Part shown: positions 23,478 to 38,071 of the stretch, piece by piece
Position numbering within the stretch: the stretch's first letter is position 1
Layout: every line of letters starts with the position of its first letter
NCBI GenBank assembly: GCA_021432655.1
Contig: MU271186.1
Coordinates: 62,001 to 126,000, forward strand
Direction: 5' to 3'
From: Atractiella rhizophila
Lineage: Eukaryota
Length of the DNA: 64,000 nucleotides
Position numbers and translations under genes: made by a program
Notes under the pieces: generated by a model
Seen by the model: the letters and a program-made list of their open reading frames with translations, nothing else
Database searches by the model: none
Told to the model about the DNA's origin: nothing

Positions 23478-25673
23478 TCAGTTGAGCGAAGCAGGTTCTT
23501 CGTTGAAGACTTTGAAAATATAATTCGGATCTGGATTCATAAAGTCGTTATGAACCAAGTTGACGAGATAGTAGGTGTCCATGATAGAGGTAATGAGTTG
23601 GTGCGACGGACTTGATGGCTCGTAGAAATTGGCCCATTGCCTTCCAAGCTGGAAAGCTTCGTCCTGAAACATCTTTAGTTTCAACAGAAGGATAGCCAAG
23701 GGGAAAATCACCTTCCAAGCTAAGAAGCTAACGACCTCTACAATGGTAGGTTGAACGATCTCCTTCCCGGGAAAGACCCCCCATGTCACGGCATTGGGGC
23801 CTTCGTGAGTGTTGTTTGTTGACAACTCTCCCTTTTGATTCACAGCGTAATAAGTGAGAGATGAATCGGACTCAAATCTAGATTGTAAAACTTCGAGACG
23901 TTCAGGAGACACGAAGAATTCCAAGTATGCCTGCCAAGAGTTGAAACAGTCACAAGTGAATGTAAAAGAGGGCCAACCTTTTGATACACGTAACCATTGC
24001 GTGGACCCCAACCATGAACTGGGTCGTTGCTCGGTCTTCCATTAACCACAGGTTGACTGTTGATCGTCAGATATCCTAGCTGGTTAAGGTTTGCCAGCTG
24101 TTGCGAAATGATAGTGGTTTCCTTGGAAGTTGGACCATCAGACCACGGCAAAGTCTTCACTTTTCCCCGACAATAGTTCGCAAAGAGTTCCCAGACATCT
24201 TCTTCCGAAGTTGGGGACCCCCACAGAGAGAGAGCTTGCGATTTCTACCACCCCAGTTGTCCAATTTGTGAGCGTGGAGTTGGAAAGAACATGCAGCATA
24301 CCTCAAGATTGATGTGTGCGCCATAACCGTCTCGGATATCACCAAAGGCAGGAGACCTCGAGTCTCCCCAACGTCCATTAGGGAATTCGTCCCAGCTATC
24401 GGTACGAGAGATGTAGGACTTGGCTCTGTTGGACCAGAAAATTGGGCGGGCTACATCCCGCTTAATCATTAAGCCTATCCACGGTAAACATGAGAGTGCT
24501 CACTTGTTTCTAGCCGGCGTTTGGATGTGAGGGATGGCCGCCACGGCAGAGTTTTAACGACATCGACGTGAGGTACGCAATTCAGTTCTTGCAGAAGCAT
24601 TTTCGTCGCCTTTTCAAGATTCATTGTATAAACATGTAGAAAGTTGATCCCCAGCCCGGCATTTAGGATCTTTCTGCACATATCAGCAACAATTTTTGTT
24701 CCTACATCTCGAACTTTGGCATCGTCCTCTTTGATGGGTTCGAGTTGATCAAGGATGTATCTCGGAATCAAGGTATTCGCAAACTTTGTCCGTCTCTCGA
24801 AGCTGGCGTAAGTTTGGATGGGCATGATACCAGGAATTATAGGAACGCTTATTCCAGCCGCGCGAAGCGCTCTGACCCAATCAATGAAGAGATCCGCGTC
24901 ATAGAACATCTGCGTAAAGATGAAATTTGCTCCCGCATCGATCTTCTCCTTCAGAAATTTGAGTTCCTGTTCACGTTCTAGACCGCTATCATGACCTTGA
25001 GGAAACCCAGCGACTGCGATGTCAAAATGGTCGCCGTATTTCTTCCGGATGTGTCGTACAAGGTCGATTGCATGGGAGAAACCGCCTTCAGTTGCTGTCC
25101 ATTCAGATTGGCCGCGAGGGGGATCCCCTCGAAGAGCTAAAATGTTGTGGCAACCGAACTCATATGCTTCCTTCACAGGATTTTAGACATGAAATGAAGA
25201 GAACGGTAAGGAACAGCGCACCTCTAAGGCCTTGTCGATCATCTCTACAGGCATGTTGGTGCATGTGAGATGCATGCAGGTCTCTAAGCCAAACTCGCTA
25301 TGTGCAGCCTTCACGAACTGCGTCGTTAGGTCGGAAGTTGTGCCACCAGCTCCCCAGGTGATATCTTGATCCAGTCACGTGATCAGGATACTTTAGGCAT
25401 GAATGTGCTCAACACACCTATAAAACTTGGCCCAAGGGAGCTCATCCGCTCGATACGATCATATAGATTGCTGACACCTTGCAGAGTTCTGGAACACAGC
25501 GTTGGCACTTTTTTTCAACATTATGAATGTAAGACTCGACCTACTTGGGGGGAAAGTATTCAAAGCTCCAGGCCAGCCGTCCAGACTTCTCTACGATCAC
25601 CAAGTCCATACTGACCAGTACTGAAAAGAAGAAACGTACCAGATTCCCTGAGCTTTTGAGATATCTTCACCAT
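23478..25673 (-). CDS. MET13: Methylenetetrahydrofolate reductase (Met13-like)
   Basis: [60 protein letters not shown] and [17 protein letters not shown]. Confidence 0.95.
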
Positions 25674-25939
25674 CTTCGCCTAATGATCGTTGTGGCGTCT
25701 TAACAAAAATAATTCAGCTCCCTCTACGCCGTTTGTGCTATCTATAACCGTCTTTCTGTAGACTTCAACCCAAGCTTCGACAGCTTCTTTTGAAAGAAGG
25801 AGAAGATTTCTAGTATTTATAGGGCAAGATCGTTGTGGCTGCTGATTGGTTCTACTTCTTCGTTAGTTCCGGTTTGCTTGCCAGATTAGCCCGCCGGATT
25901 GTAGTGTAGCTGAAACTGTGTTAAACTGCCACTCCACAA

Positions 25940-26796
25940 ATGACAGCTTCATGGGTCGAGTTTTGTGTTTCTTATAATGCTCCATCGTTGCTCATTATCG
26001 CTCTTTTTCTTTTATTTGTTGCTTCAATACGAGCTGCAGTTGTAAACAGGTCAGCTCATGTATCAGCGACAGCACCTACCAAAACATTGGCTGTCTTCCT
26101 TGGTTCTGGTACGCCACTCTCTCTCTTCGAAACATTTCATATCCTTACTTGTCGTAGGTGGTCATACAGCGGAGATGTTTCGTCTTATAGCTCCTCTATC
26201 CGAAGACATTTACACGAAAAGAAAGTACCTGGTCAGCGCTGGTGACATTATCAGCCTGTCGAAGATCCAGCAATTCGAGCGTGAGCGACAATCTGTTGAG
26301 AGGTCGTCTATTTTTCCTTTAGCTCGTCCTCAAGCTTCCTGGGCTACAGTACTCCGTCTTCGTCATCCCAAGAGCGCGACGAGTTCATCAATCCTTCTTC
26401 ACTGCGCCATTCACGACCAGTTGGTCTCTCGCGCACTGCCTGTTTGTAGTCGCTATCCAGCCCATCTTGAGCGGAGAGCGCGCTTTTGCGGATGTAGTGC
26501 TTTTAAACGGACCTGGTTCCTGTGTGCCAATCGCCATTGCCGCTCATCTGCCACGCGTCCGTAGCCCCAACTTGGCGTCTCCTCTAACATTTCCTTCGCA
26601 GCTCTTTCTCTACCGCTCTCCAAAGGTTGTATACATCGAATCAATTGCCCGGATTACTTCTCTATCTCTCAGCGCAAAAATCCTTCGAAGCCTGAATTTG
26701 GTTGATGAACTATGGGTCCAGTGGGACGAGTTGGCCACAAAACTAAACCAGAAATCACGCAAGAATAAAGTCCTATGCGATGGCTGGCTAATATAA
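25940..26796 (+). CDS. ALG14: UDP-GlcNAc transferase subunit Alg14
   Basis: N-terminal TM, VFLGSGGHTAEM, IPRARRVHQS, DVVLLNGPGSCVP, YIESIARITSLSLSAKIL and WVQW. Confidence 0.93.
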
Positions 26797-27301
26797 ACTC
26801 TGAGCTTCAGTCGTGCGTCCTTGCAAAAGAGTTCACTTTGATTGACATTGGAGAAGGCACCTGGTACAAGGACCTCTCAACGCCCCCCCGATTCACAAAT
26901 TGGAAATATTATTGCCTCTCCGTTTTACATCCCATAACAGCGATTGAAATGGCAGATAAGGTCCATCAATATTTTCACACACCAACTCTACGGTGCATGC
27001 AACATCTTTTACTCCATTGATAACGGAGTCGAACGCCAGTTGAGCGCAGACGGTTCATGGCGCTGAACTGATAAAAATCAGGAGGATACCCTCACTGTAA
27101 GGCAACATAGACGTAGATCAACGCAATCAGATGACAGAATCCAATACTACCTCAACATATTCCCACCAGTACAGACGTTATTATTGGTTCTTTCTCACTA
27201 CTGAATCGTCCCTGATTTGTTGATATAATCATATTGGTTGTACATAACTTGAGAACTGACACTTCCTTCTACATTGATCATTACCAAGCCCAGGAGCAGA
27301 T

Positions 27302-28397
27302 TTACTTGCGATTCTTCGGCTTCCAAAGCCCCAACGTATGTCCGATCCTGGATGCCATCGAATGTAAGCATCATTTGTGCTGTTTTAGGATGTAAATACC
27401 TACCCAGCGTTGATGTTGCACGTAAGAGTGGCCAAGTGTTTCAGTATGAGGATAAAGTAGAATATTCCTGGGATCACGAATGATAGGATGGACTCCGGCT
27501 ATTGCGCATGTTTAGCTCCAGAAGCTATCTCACTGAATGCTCACTTGGTAAAAGTCCTGCAACGCTTTGTGCTTTAGTTTGCACTCTTCGGTGTGATAAC
27601 TAACCTACCTCCTGACCGCGAAATCAATTTATCTCCCTCTGTCATGCCTCAAAGGACGAACCTGCTTCCGAATTTTATAGACGTGCTTCCCTCCACGTTC
27701 CTCTTTAGTTAAGGTCAGCACCACAACCAGTCGCACTGTGGCACTTCTGATTGGTAGGAAATAGGTGCAAGTCTGGGTGCAGTCTACGACGAGTCTTGAT
27801 CTTGAGTCGTTAATCGCGACGTCGGTAACAGTCATTTTGGTCCAGGGGAAAACTGCTGTACTTTCAATGCATGCCGTGGAAGGGTGGTAGATATTTACGG
27901 ATGCGATACCACCTTTGTAATGTTGAGCTCTAGCGATTTGATGAAAGGAGCTACGCACGTATAGATTCCAATAATGGATTCTAAACTGGACGGCCTTTGA
28001 CGTCCTCAGGTTGCATTTTCGGGTTGTTCAATGGAAATTTCTCACCCAGAAAGCACACGGCACAGTGGGTGATCAAAGGCTGTTTTCTGCTCAAAGCTTG
28101 CTTGACAGGCTCAAGCGTCACTTACCAGCATCTGCTCAATGGTCCCACTTCAGCAAGCGTGATCCTTGGAAATAGCTGTGACAACTGACCTCGTGTATAT
28201 GTCCTCTGCAATGTGAGCAGTTGCTCGTCCCTGTCATCCTTCAGAGCATCAGTTTTTCCGTCATAGCTTTTCAAGCACAGTAATGCGTACGGGCTGCCCA
28301 TTGTCAGGGTGCGCACAACTCCTTCAATTTCTCGAGCTGCGAGGAACTGTTATCTTCGTGTTTAGCATCAGGCTGGAATATTACCTGGGTCCTCCAT
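27302..28397 (-). CDS. Conserved small fungal NTF2-like (SigF-like) protein with many short exons
   Basis: Spliced by eye: MEDPAREIEGVVRTLTMGSPDEQ..FDHPLCRV..VRLVVVLTL..YKIRKQEDFYQPESILSFVIP..GLWKPKNRK*. Confidence 0.72.
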
Positions 28398-28717
28398 GCT
28401 AGCTAACAAACCTCTTTCTAAAGAGCACAGAAGCGACGTAGTTGGTGAAATTTATGAAATGAAAGCTCGAAGCTCAATGTTGCTTTGTTGCACCTGAAAG
28501 AAGGAAAGGTTGACGTCAGAAGAAACTAAACCAGAACTAAGGAAGTCCTAACCCTATCTGCATTCGTGCAGTACGCACGCAAGATCACAACAACGCGCCA
28601 GCAGGCAGACAAGGAGAAGTCGAGAGGAACTTGTGCTACGGAGCCTAGGATAATACGAGGAAAGGTGCTTTCGTCGAACTATCTGAACAGTGAAGAAAGA
28701 AATTAGAGCCAAGCACA

Positions 28718-30664
28718 ATGTCGGACGATGAATTCATGGTTCGTACCTTCTACCAGCGATCGAACGGGGATTGAGAAGAGAGCAGATGAACGACGCGGTC
28801 GATGATGAGGTACTTTGCGCGTGCTCTTCCAGTTAAAACTCACGTATCGCCATCATAGGATTATGACTTCGACTATGGGTCAGACGATGGAGATGATGGG
28901 GATCCAGGTCTTGAAAACAGCTATTACAACGCCAAAGGTACATTCTCCCCTTCCTGGAAAAGGAGCAAGTACTAAAAGGTATTGGCGTGAAGGGAAGAAG
29001 GAGGATAGTCCTGAGCAAGCTGTCAAGGAGCTGCAAGAAGTGGTGAGGAAAGAAGCAGAGGAAGGTAAAGGGGAATGGTTTGTGGTCAGCTGTATCTTCG
29101 TAATTCGGTCTGATATCTCAGTACAGGGGCTTCAAAGCTCTGAAGCAGCTGACGAAGATATCCTTCCAAATTCTGAAAAACTATGATGCCGCCCTCAAAT
29201 ATTACACGGAGCTGTTGACATACACGAAGTCAGCGGTGACGCGAAACGTGGCTGAGAAGAGCATCAACGGAATCCTCGACTACGTTTCTAACGAGAAAGG
29301 ACTGGTCACCCACCAAATGCGGAGTTGGTATGAAGTCACGGAGAAGGCACTTAATGAGGCAAAGAACGAGGTCCGTTCTCATCTTCCCGCATGTTCATGG
29401 CTAACTGACAGGTAGCGATTATCTGTAAAAATAAGTCTCAAATTGGCGAAGCTCTGGCTCGATCGACGCGAATATCCTCAGCTTGTTACTGTGCGTAAGC
29501 TTCTTGCGTGCCAAAGGAATCTGCTGAGCAACGGGGTAGCTGATCAAGGAACTAAAAACACTATGCGCGCCGACAGCAGCTGAGTTAGCATCTTCTGCTG
29601 GTGTGGACAACACGAAACAAACCCAGCTGTACGAAGTCATGAGTTTGGAGATTTTGATGTATACGGATACAAAGCAGAATAAAAAGCTCAAGGTTGGTAT
29701 CTCTGTTTTGTTCTCTTTCAGATTTTGAATCTGAGAACAGGAGGTCTACAATCAATCGAAAGGCATGAAAGATGCGATTGTGCACCCCAGGATTATGGGA
29801 ATCATGAAGGAATGCGGAGGCAAGATGCACATGAACGAGAGTACGTGCGATCTTGTCTCATACATCCTGGAATATCTAACCGCACGATGCTTTGCAGAGG
29901 AGTGGTCCGAGGCACAGGAAGATTTTTTTGAGGCTTTCAAGTCATACGATGAGGCGGGATCGTCACAACGCACTCAAGTACTCAAATACCTTGTCTTAGC
30001 GCATATGCTCATGGACTCGGAAATTGATCCTTTCGATTCTCAAGAGACGAAACCGTTCGTCTTATTGTCACTACCTTGATCTCACTTGGAACTCATTATG
30101 TTTTTTAGGTATAAAAATGACCCAGAGATTCAAGCGATGACGAACCTCGTGCAAGCATATCAGCATCGAGATGTACACGAAGCCGAGAAAATCCTCGCGA
30201 GTAACCGAGAGACGATTCAAGGAGATCCTTTCATCCGTTCCTTCATTGACGACGTCCTACGCAGTCTTCGCACCCAATGGATTCTAGAACTCATCAAGAC
30301 TTATGAGCGGATCGAAATTTCTTACCTCGCCAATCAACTGCGCGTCGAAAAAGAAGAAGTAGAGGATATCCTTGTCGGCCTTATACTCGATGGCAAGGTG
30401 AAAGGTAAAATTGACCAGGTTACTCAAAGGTTAGAGCTGGAGAAGAGGTTCGTTTGAACTACCTGTGCGACATCAGAAACTGATGTTCTTCCTAGCAAAA
30501 TGCAAGACACGCGGCGATATCAAGCATTGGATCGATGGACAGGACAGGTTGAAAACTTACATCAATCCATGTTTACCAAAGCTACGAATGGCCTGACAAC
30601 TGGTAGTGGAGGCGGAGGAGGGATGACGTTTGCGTTGGACGAACCGATGTCGGTGTTTGGGTAG
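28718..30664 (+). CDS. CSN2: COP9 signalosome subunit 2
   Basis: [59 protein letters not shown] and [20 protein letters not shown] domain. Confidence 0.96.
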
Positions 30665-32240
30665 CTTTAGATGACTTGAAGCTTTGGTTCGTCTTATCAC
30701 TTGTACAACAGCATTTGCAGCCCTTGTTACCATAAAGTGAAAGTATGTAGGAGTCTAGTCTGTAGTCGATCTGTGTTCAGCAAGCCCGACCCGCTCCACC
30801 ATTCTTGGTCAACGCCTTGCATACATCACGCTTCCGTGATGTTTGTAATCCTTGGGATGACGCAATATGGTAGATGCTGTTTCCTTTGGCAACCTGTTGA
30901 AATGCTCGTTTTGAAGCGCCGTCAGGAACCGCAATTTGGTGCTTCCCGCCTTTCATCTTAGGTGCCATTCACACATTCACACTGGAGGCTAGAGCAGAAT
31001 TGAATACTAGCTGGCTAGAATCTCTGTTGGAACGGACTGAAGGAACAGGGAAAAGCCCCTGCTTCTTCATAATGCCTCCCCTTCTACACCTGCGCTTCAG
31101 CTGCTATAAACTTCTTCAAGTTCCTTATTCTTCCCTTAAATATCCTACAGTGCACAAAGGCCGTTTTTAGGAGTTTGATATTCGGGAATCGAGTAAATTC
31201 CAAAGATCTCACTTTCGGACGGAGTGGAAGTTCGAGAGGGGGGAGTTGTCCCTTTAGAGCCCATGTGAGCCTTTTAAAACCGAAAGACACAACTATTGAC
31301 GAAAATCTGTGGATCTAGAAATCCTAGGGGATGGACAGCTTTGACTTTTTATGATATAGTTACTTTAATGCGAGCTTACGATGCCGACGGCGTAACTGTA
31401 CTATTGCTCTTCTCTCTCCGCGCCGTTATCTGCTAACTTATCAGTCAACTCAGAGACCTGCTACCGCTGATCTCGACATATCACGAATTCCTCTGTGATG
31501 GAACCAGAGACCTCTCTCACCGAAGTGTAGAAGATTCCTTCTATGGATTGAGTGCCCATTTCCGATGGAAATTGTCAACCAGCAATTAGTCCTGCGGAGT
31601 ATAAAGGCAAGGGTTCATGATCGTGTGAGCTTTTCGACTATAATGTCATGATACCGGGCCCTCACTGTTTAGGACACTAAAATCATCCAAAAGTAACATA
31701 ATTTCCAGAACCAGCCCCCATTGAATGACTTCAATTGAGTATGCTTAGACTATTCGAAGGACTTCATTCTGTCTATAAGCCAATTTGGTGCAATCGTTCT
31801 TGTATTTCGGCATTTTGGGCTTGTGGTACAAAGTTACTGCAAAAGATGACTAACATATTTCCCTTGTTTCATCTGTCGTAAAATTTATGACACGCGACAC
31901 GACAATTGGAGCAAATTTATGACCTAGTAATTGAGTACTACTAGTGTATATAATAAGGTCAGCGAAGTTGTTACTGCACATTGCTGTGCTACTGAATGGG
32001 GATGGGAACCGGCTATGAGGCGCCACCTGTGAGGGAATAAGTATCATGGAAACTTGCTGGGAACTGCCTCTGTAACCAGTTCTGTGACTAAGCATCTACT
32101 TCCTTCAGTGTTTAGTGGTCGCATTGATTTTCCAGCGCTCGTAGTGAGTGTCTTGATTGAGCACCGTACCCCCATCTCTTCAAGCTCCTGCTGATTCACT
32201 GCATGTCCAACGACCAACAGCCTGAGTTAAATTACCCGAG

Positions 32241-34549
32241 ATGGAGCCAACTTGTAATCGATGCCAAAACCTCAGGATACACTGCACGCGTATGCCGCCA
32301 TCCGTATCCTGCAAGGCGTGTTATGTCGCAAAGGCATCGTGCGAGTACACCTATCGTGCGGTTGTGCGTAGAGGACGTCAGGGGTGAGAAAGCTATCTCA
32401 GTACACTGTGCCCCTCGCGCTTATGGGATGGAGACTAGAACTGGCGTCGATCTAAAACGACTGAAGCAAGAGTACTCCAGCTCTTCCGCGCTACGGAGCG
32501 ACATACGATATCAAGTTCAGCCCAATAGAAAGCTTAAACCCACCAAGTCTACTGCTAGGTCAAATACGCTAGAGACGGGATTCCTTGGGTGCCTGAATCT
32601 CGGTTTCTCTACTTCAAGCAACCGTCTCCTGACGCAAGAACGAACAAGAATCCTCTCTAATCATCTTCTTTTGCTCGCCCATCTTGAAGATGTTACCGAA
32701 ATTCTCTTCGAGCCCACGATCGCAGGGTCACCTCTACCATCCCTGATTCCATACGAGGACATCGTCCGAGATCCGCGCGCTTTGGATGGATGCGCTAATA
32801 TTCTCCTTGCTCAATGTATGGCATTGGCAGCGTACCTTTCTCCTCACTCCGAGTTGCTAGGCGACCTTGCTCAGCCAATGCCAGAAGGCTCCCATGAATC
32901 TTCTGCAAAGGACTATCGCTTCGTCAGCAGGAACAGATACGCCGCCGCCACCACTTTGACAAAACATGCCTTCTCCCTGGCACTCGATCCAAAATCTCCA
33001 CTGCAGAAGCCTACCGAGCGAAGTGTTGCCATTCTTCTTCGATTGGTGTGCACTTTCTCCCTAGCTTCTGCGTTGCCTTTCGAAGGCTTAGCGGCGCTTA
33101 CTCTTTGCATTCGACATTTCGACATGATTTGGCGATCCTCAAATTCAACAGAGCGAGAGCGTTTGAAAACCTCCTACCTCGAATATCTAATTCCAGTGAG
33201 TCAGTTACCTTCAGCACTGGTACCCTTGGAGGACATACGACATCTTACAGCTCGATTCGGATGTGCATTTTACATTTGGAGGAAACTTGGATCTGTATGT
33301 GTTCTCTACACCAATGCTTACATCTGACAAGTCATCAAAGGACAGAGAGGCACTACCGTCGATACTATCCATCTGCCGTTTCAAAACCTGATTTTCAAGT
33401 TTTTCTGGATCCATCAGCGTTTGCATCCATTCCTGTACCACCTGATGGTAGCATGACTTCGCTAGATATGTTCTGGGCCAGCCTAGAGTCAGTCCAACGA
33501 ACGATGTGCACCCTAGGCAAGTGATGACCTTTGTGCGGATCTTGACCTAATGTCTCCTCAGGCGAGGCGATGCGCCGAAAGGACGAATCTGCAGTCAGCG
33601 AGATGTTGTTGCGCACCTGGCATTCCCTAAACGCCCTCATCGCTTGGCGAATGAAACATTTAATGTTTCAGTTCAACTTCACGCCGCCAAAAACGTATTC
33701 GCTCTACGTATATCGAGAGAGCGGAAAGCTAGAAAATTCGACCTGGACTCACTTCATCTTGAATCGCCTGCTTAAAGGCTGTTGTCGCTGGTTAAAACGA
33801 TTTGATGAAGCAAGCAAATTGTTCCCCAATAATCAGGGTCTCCAAGTCTTGGATGATCGGGCAGCATCTTTTCAGACGAAAATTATTGAGGAAGCTTTGC
33901 TTTATGCGTTCTCTATCCTGCGTTTCAAACGTTTGATCAACCATCAATCAGTTTTCTCCCCAAACAGAGAAAAAGAGCCTTTATTTGTCGTAAGAGCTTT
34001 CACTATAATGGGAAACAAGGACCGCGCTCCTAATTAAAATCTAGCTTCAAGACATACCTGGAGGATTTCGAAACGTTGCTCAATTCCTTCGATCGTTCCC
34101 CGGTTTGAGCGTACACATTGCCTCGTAAGTTACTCCTCGGATCCTTATTGCTTTGACCCCCTCGAACAGGCTAATCAAGCAAATGAAATTTTTGAGCTGG
34201 AGATATCACTTTCTGGGAAAGGAGCTCGATGCTTTCGAAGAGGAGCTGGGACTAAGAACAATAGCAGATGCGCCGGATGTCGAATCGGTAGCTCTTGCTT
34301 CTGTTCACGACTGCAACCCTTGACATTGTTTCTCAGTTGAAAGAGTCCGAACCTGGTACACCAAAGCTAAATGATTTTCATTCGACCCTTGATTTCCTCG
34401 ACTCACACTCTGGCCATGGTTTCTTTCTTACAGCATCACAGAATTCACCTTCAGAATCACCGGTTCCTGCTCACAACGAAGCGCCGTCACCAACACTGGG
34501 AGACTTTCCGCTTACCTTGGAGAGCTCCCACGAATCCTTCCATGTATAG
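32241..34549 (+). CDS. Zn(II)2Cys6 fungal transcription factor (multi-exon)
   Basis: Exon 1, absent from the ORF track, reads MEPTCNRCQNLRIHCTRMPPSVSCKACYVAKASCEY (Cx2Cx6Cx8Cx2Cx6C). Long downstream exons follow, with a probable GC-AG intron near 33517. Confidence 0.8.
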
Positions 34550-34734
34550 CTCCCCAAGTGCTCTCTACCTTAGCAATCCAATGATGTTTTCTCGATGCAG
34601 AGTCAAGTCGAAGGCATAAGGCACATAGAATTAATAGCGTATACTGGTAAACAGAACTAACGCTCAAACCACATGAGGTAACATGCAGATGGCTGGTACA
34701 AATTCTAAAAGATTCACAAGAAGATGGAGAATAC

Positions 34735-35578
34735 TAGAAGATTTGGTTGAAATCACACCGTAAATTGGCCTCAAGGTTACTTGGATCATTGTTAGCAATG
34801 AAGTCGACACCTCCTTGAGCGCCGTTGCTGGCGCTCATGGAACTTGAAAGTAAATCTGCAAGTATTTGATCTAATGTGGGTTCAGGTTCAATTTGATCTA
34901 ATATGGCCTCAGGTTCAGGAATAAAATCTCGACTCGATGACGAGACGACTGACAGTTAAGAATGCTTAAGATATTAGGACAGAATTGAACTGGGCCATCA
35001 GTAGGAGTGGCTACTTCGTTGGCACCTTCAATCCATCAGTGTGTGCGAAGTTGAAAACAATCGTCTTACCCATTTGTATGTCCAGGTCGGGTGCCGGCTG
35101 CACACACGATGGAACGGCATCCTGTGGCATCGATGGGACGTAGGACGGGCTCGGTGGTTGCTGTCGGATAGCATCAGCTGCTGGTACCACATTCATATTC
35201 CTGGCCGCCGCGTCGTCTGCCGAAGCTGGTCTTTTAGAAGGGGTGTGACGGCTCGGTCGGGCTCTTTCATTGGACCTCGCATCGTCGCTTGGAGCAAGTC
35301 TTCTCCTGGAGGAATCACTAATCAATCAATGTCTCCTCGCTCCTGGAAAGAGTGCACTACATTTGAACCAACTCGTACCCTGCTTCGTCATTAGTGAAAC
35401 TTGACCAAGCGTAATAAACATTCCTACGCACCTGATCTCGCAGGGATGCATTCTGGGATGTCGGCTTTCTTACACTCCTCACAGGCTTCGCCATCACGGC
35501 AACACCTCCTACAAGGCACAGCAATATTACGAGGATGAACGGCGACGAAGTAGGACATACACTTTTTTCAAGCGACAT
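34735..35578 (-). CDS. Possible small hypothetical protein (hydrophobic N-terminus, Pro-rich middle)
   Basis: Chain of minus-strand ORFs (35357-35578, 35011-35325, ~34735-34930) separated by intron-sized gaps. Imperfect 27-bp repeat at 34865-34918. Confidence 0.35.
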
Positions 35579-36899
35579 CGTTGGCCTTGAAAGGATTCAG
35601 TATCGAAAGCAATTGCACTGAAAACTCACAGGGAAATTGATTTTTTGGTTTGCTGGGCTTGCGCGTCATCCTGTCTGTTTCTTCCAATGCTGGACAAGAG
35701 GCGTTTTATATAAGGAGGACTAGGTTCTCGCCATACGCCTCAAGCCGCACACGTTATACACAGATGTTGCCTGTAACGTGTCGAACAAAGCCAGCGAAAG
35801 GTACATGGCAAGTGCCGTGTCAATGGTGGTTGGGGATGGGTCAGATGGTCGTGTAGGACGAAAAGATCGTTATGAATATGGAGGAATAATTGTGTGAACA
35901 GTAAATCAAGGGGAAGACCGTTGCAACATGAGCAAAGCGGATTGAGATTAGAGCCCGTTGGGGGTACATTTGTAAGTTTAACCATCTCGAAACTGACAAG
36001 GGGCACATAGAGCATCAGAGAACAGAGCACAGGACACCTTGGTTCTTTCGGACCAAACGAGTTTGTCAAATAGAGTGACTGAGAGCTCGGATGACAAGTC
36101 ATATGGCCTTCGAATCAAACGTACTCTACGCTGTGTGATGCGGCAGCGTCAGGAGAAACAAAGCTCCCAGGACACGCAGGACAGGTCATTCTGTATGAGT
36201 TAGCTTTGCAACAGGTGGAGCTTGGGTTGGACCTGAGTACAACGAAAAATCGTTTCTTCCATCCCCGCCTGGGACAGATCCGGAACCGAATGCAAAAAGC
36301 TGGCTGGCACTACTCCTCATCTGTAACCTCAATGTACCAATCCTCATCCTAATCCTCATCCCTTTGTAATAACTAAGAGGAGAGAGACATCCATACCATC
36401 GAGGAGACAGCTTCAGACCTTGTGAAGCGAAACGTCCACATTTTCCATCCTTCACGCGCAATTTTCGGAAACGCCCAAGTTTCAATCAGGCTAAGGGCTA
36501 GACAAAGCAAGAGGACATCAAAGCTGCCTTTCAGGATTCCTGGGTCTTTCTAGGCGCTGTTCCAGCTTTTATACATTTTTTGGGGGGTGCTGTCAATGAT
36601 CACATGAACCGAACCTGCCTTATCCCTTTGTTCTCCAAAGAAGGTCGCACGTTCGGTCATCGAACTCTTGGAATCGACAGATTCGAGGGTCGACCTTGAA
36701 GAGCCCTAATCGGCCTCTTCAAGCGCCATCATACAAGGGTCAGAGCCATGGAGGATGGGATGCTCTGTCTGCCCCAGTGAGAGGAGAGGAATGGAAACTT
36801 TGTGTTGCTCGACTTGGGAGGACGTTTTATGCACGTAGAAGCAGGTAATTGCAGGTATGTGGTCTTGATGGCTTTTAAAGCGTATCAGGAAGGGATAAA

Positions 36900-37420
36900 T
36901 TGGTGTACTTTCGAAGACTTCAGAGTTTTCATGAGGAGCAATACACTGACGCCCCGCAAACGATGTCAGAGATGGGCACAAAGTCTCAAACAATGCTCCT
37001 TAGAGCCTCGTTGTTCTGGATTTGCTCTGAAGCTTGAAACGTCGATGGTATTGACGGTCTGTTGTGCTGACGCCGCCGACGTTCCACTTGCCCACTTCCA
37101 TGCAGCGCCAACTTGGCCAGAATCTAAACACCAGAATAATCTCGATGGTGATTGGATGTGGATCCCTTGGGTTGGAAGTATCTTGTTGTGATCTCGATGA
37201 AGTCAGGCTGCAGGCTGAAAAAGCAAACAATACAAGAGCACGTGCGATGGATCGTAACGGCCCTTCACAGATCCAACAGACTTCATTTTGCGTCTGAAAA
37301 CGTCATGAAGAGCAACCATCAAAATCCAATCCATTAAGCAATCATCGAAATCATTCGATAAGCTGCTTAAGAGTTGATTGTAAGTTGCAAGTGGATTCAT
37401 CCGGCGGAAGGCTAAAACAT
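36900..37420. pseudogene. Diverged copy 1 of an unidentified gene-like segment (paralog at ~41050-41520)
   Basis: TTGGAAGTATCTTGTTGTGATCTCGATGAAGTCAGG at ~37172 is near-identical to ~41292; flanks are collinear. Confidence 0.5.
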
Positions 37421-38071
37421 GAGCCGGGAGATCAAATGGTGCAAATGGTGAAGTGAATATGTTGCGCAGCGTAAAATGCAAAACAAGGATGCCGGCCTTA
37501 TTACATGGTGTGTCGAAAAAGGCAATACATCAGAGATAGAAGGCAACAGTTGGCATGGAAATCTCGCACCTCTTTCACCTCACCCTCACTCAATTGCAAA
37601 ACCTGATCCATTCCTCATTGCTCCCTTCTCAATCGCCCATTGTTACATTCCTCTAATCAAACCACATCACAATGCCGATTTCAGGTTATGATAATGGATC
37701 GCAGTGATAACGGAAAGCAAAACTAAACTGATACTGGCGTGGATGCGGCGAGAGAGCGCCACGGAGAAGGGTTATTAGCATAGTCTGCGGATGCTCCTCG
37801 TTGAATTGAAAGGCGATGTGGTAAAAGTGTGCGTCGGGGCCGAATTTGTAAAATATACAACCTTCAATCACTTTCGCTTCAACGATGATCGATGATCGAT
37901 GATTAATGATTTCTGAAATCATTCGAGATGACAAGTTGACGGGATGCTTGATTTCCGCTTCCGCTACTCAGTGTACTTACTTCATAGAACGCTTCTTCGG
38001 TTTCTAAATGTCTAATTCTCCTCCATGCTTCATTAGTTAGCTCAGGATGTTTCAACCCGTTTCCAAGTTCA

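Noticed and set aside
36338..36362. (ATCCT[C/A])n microsatellite
   Set aside because: Short simple repeat with no evidence of function.
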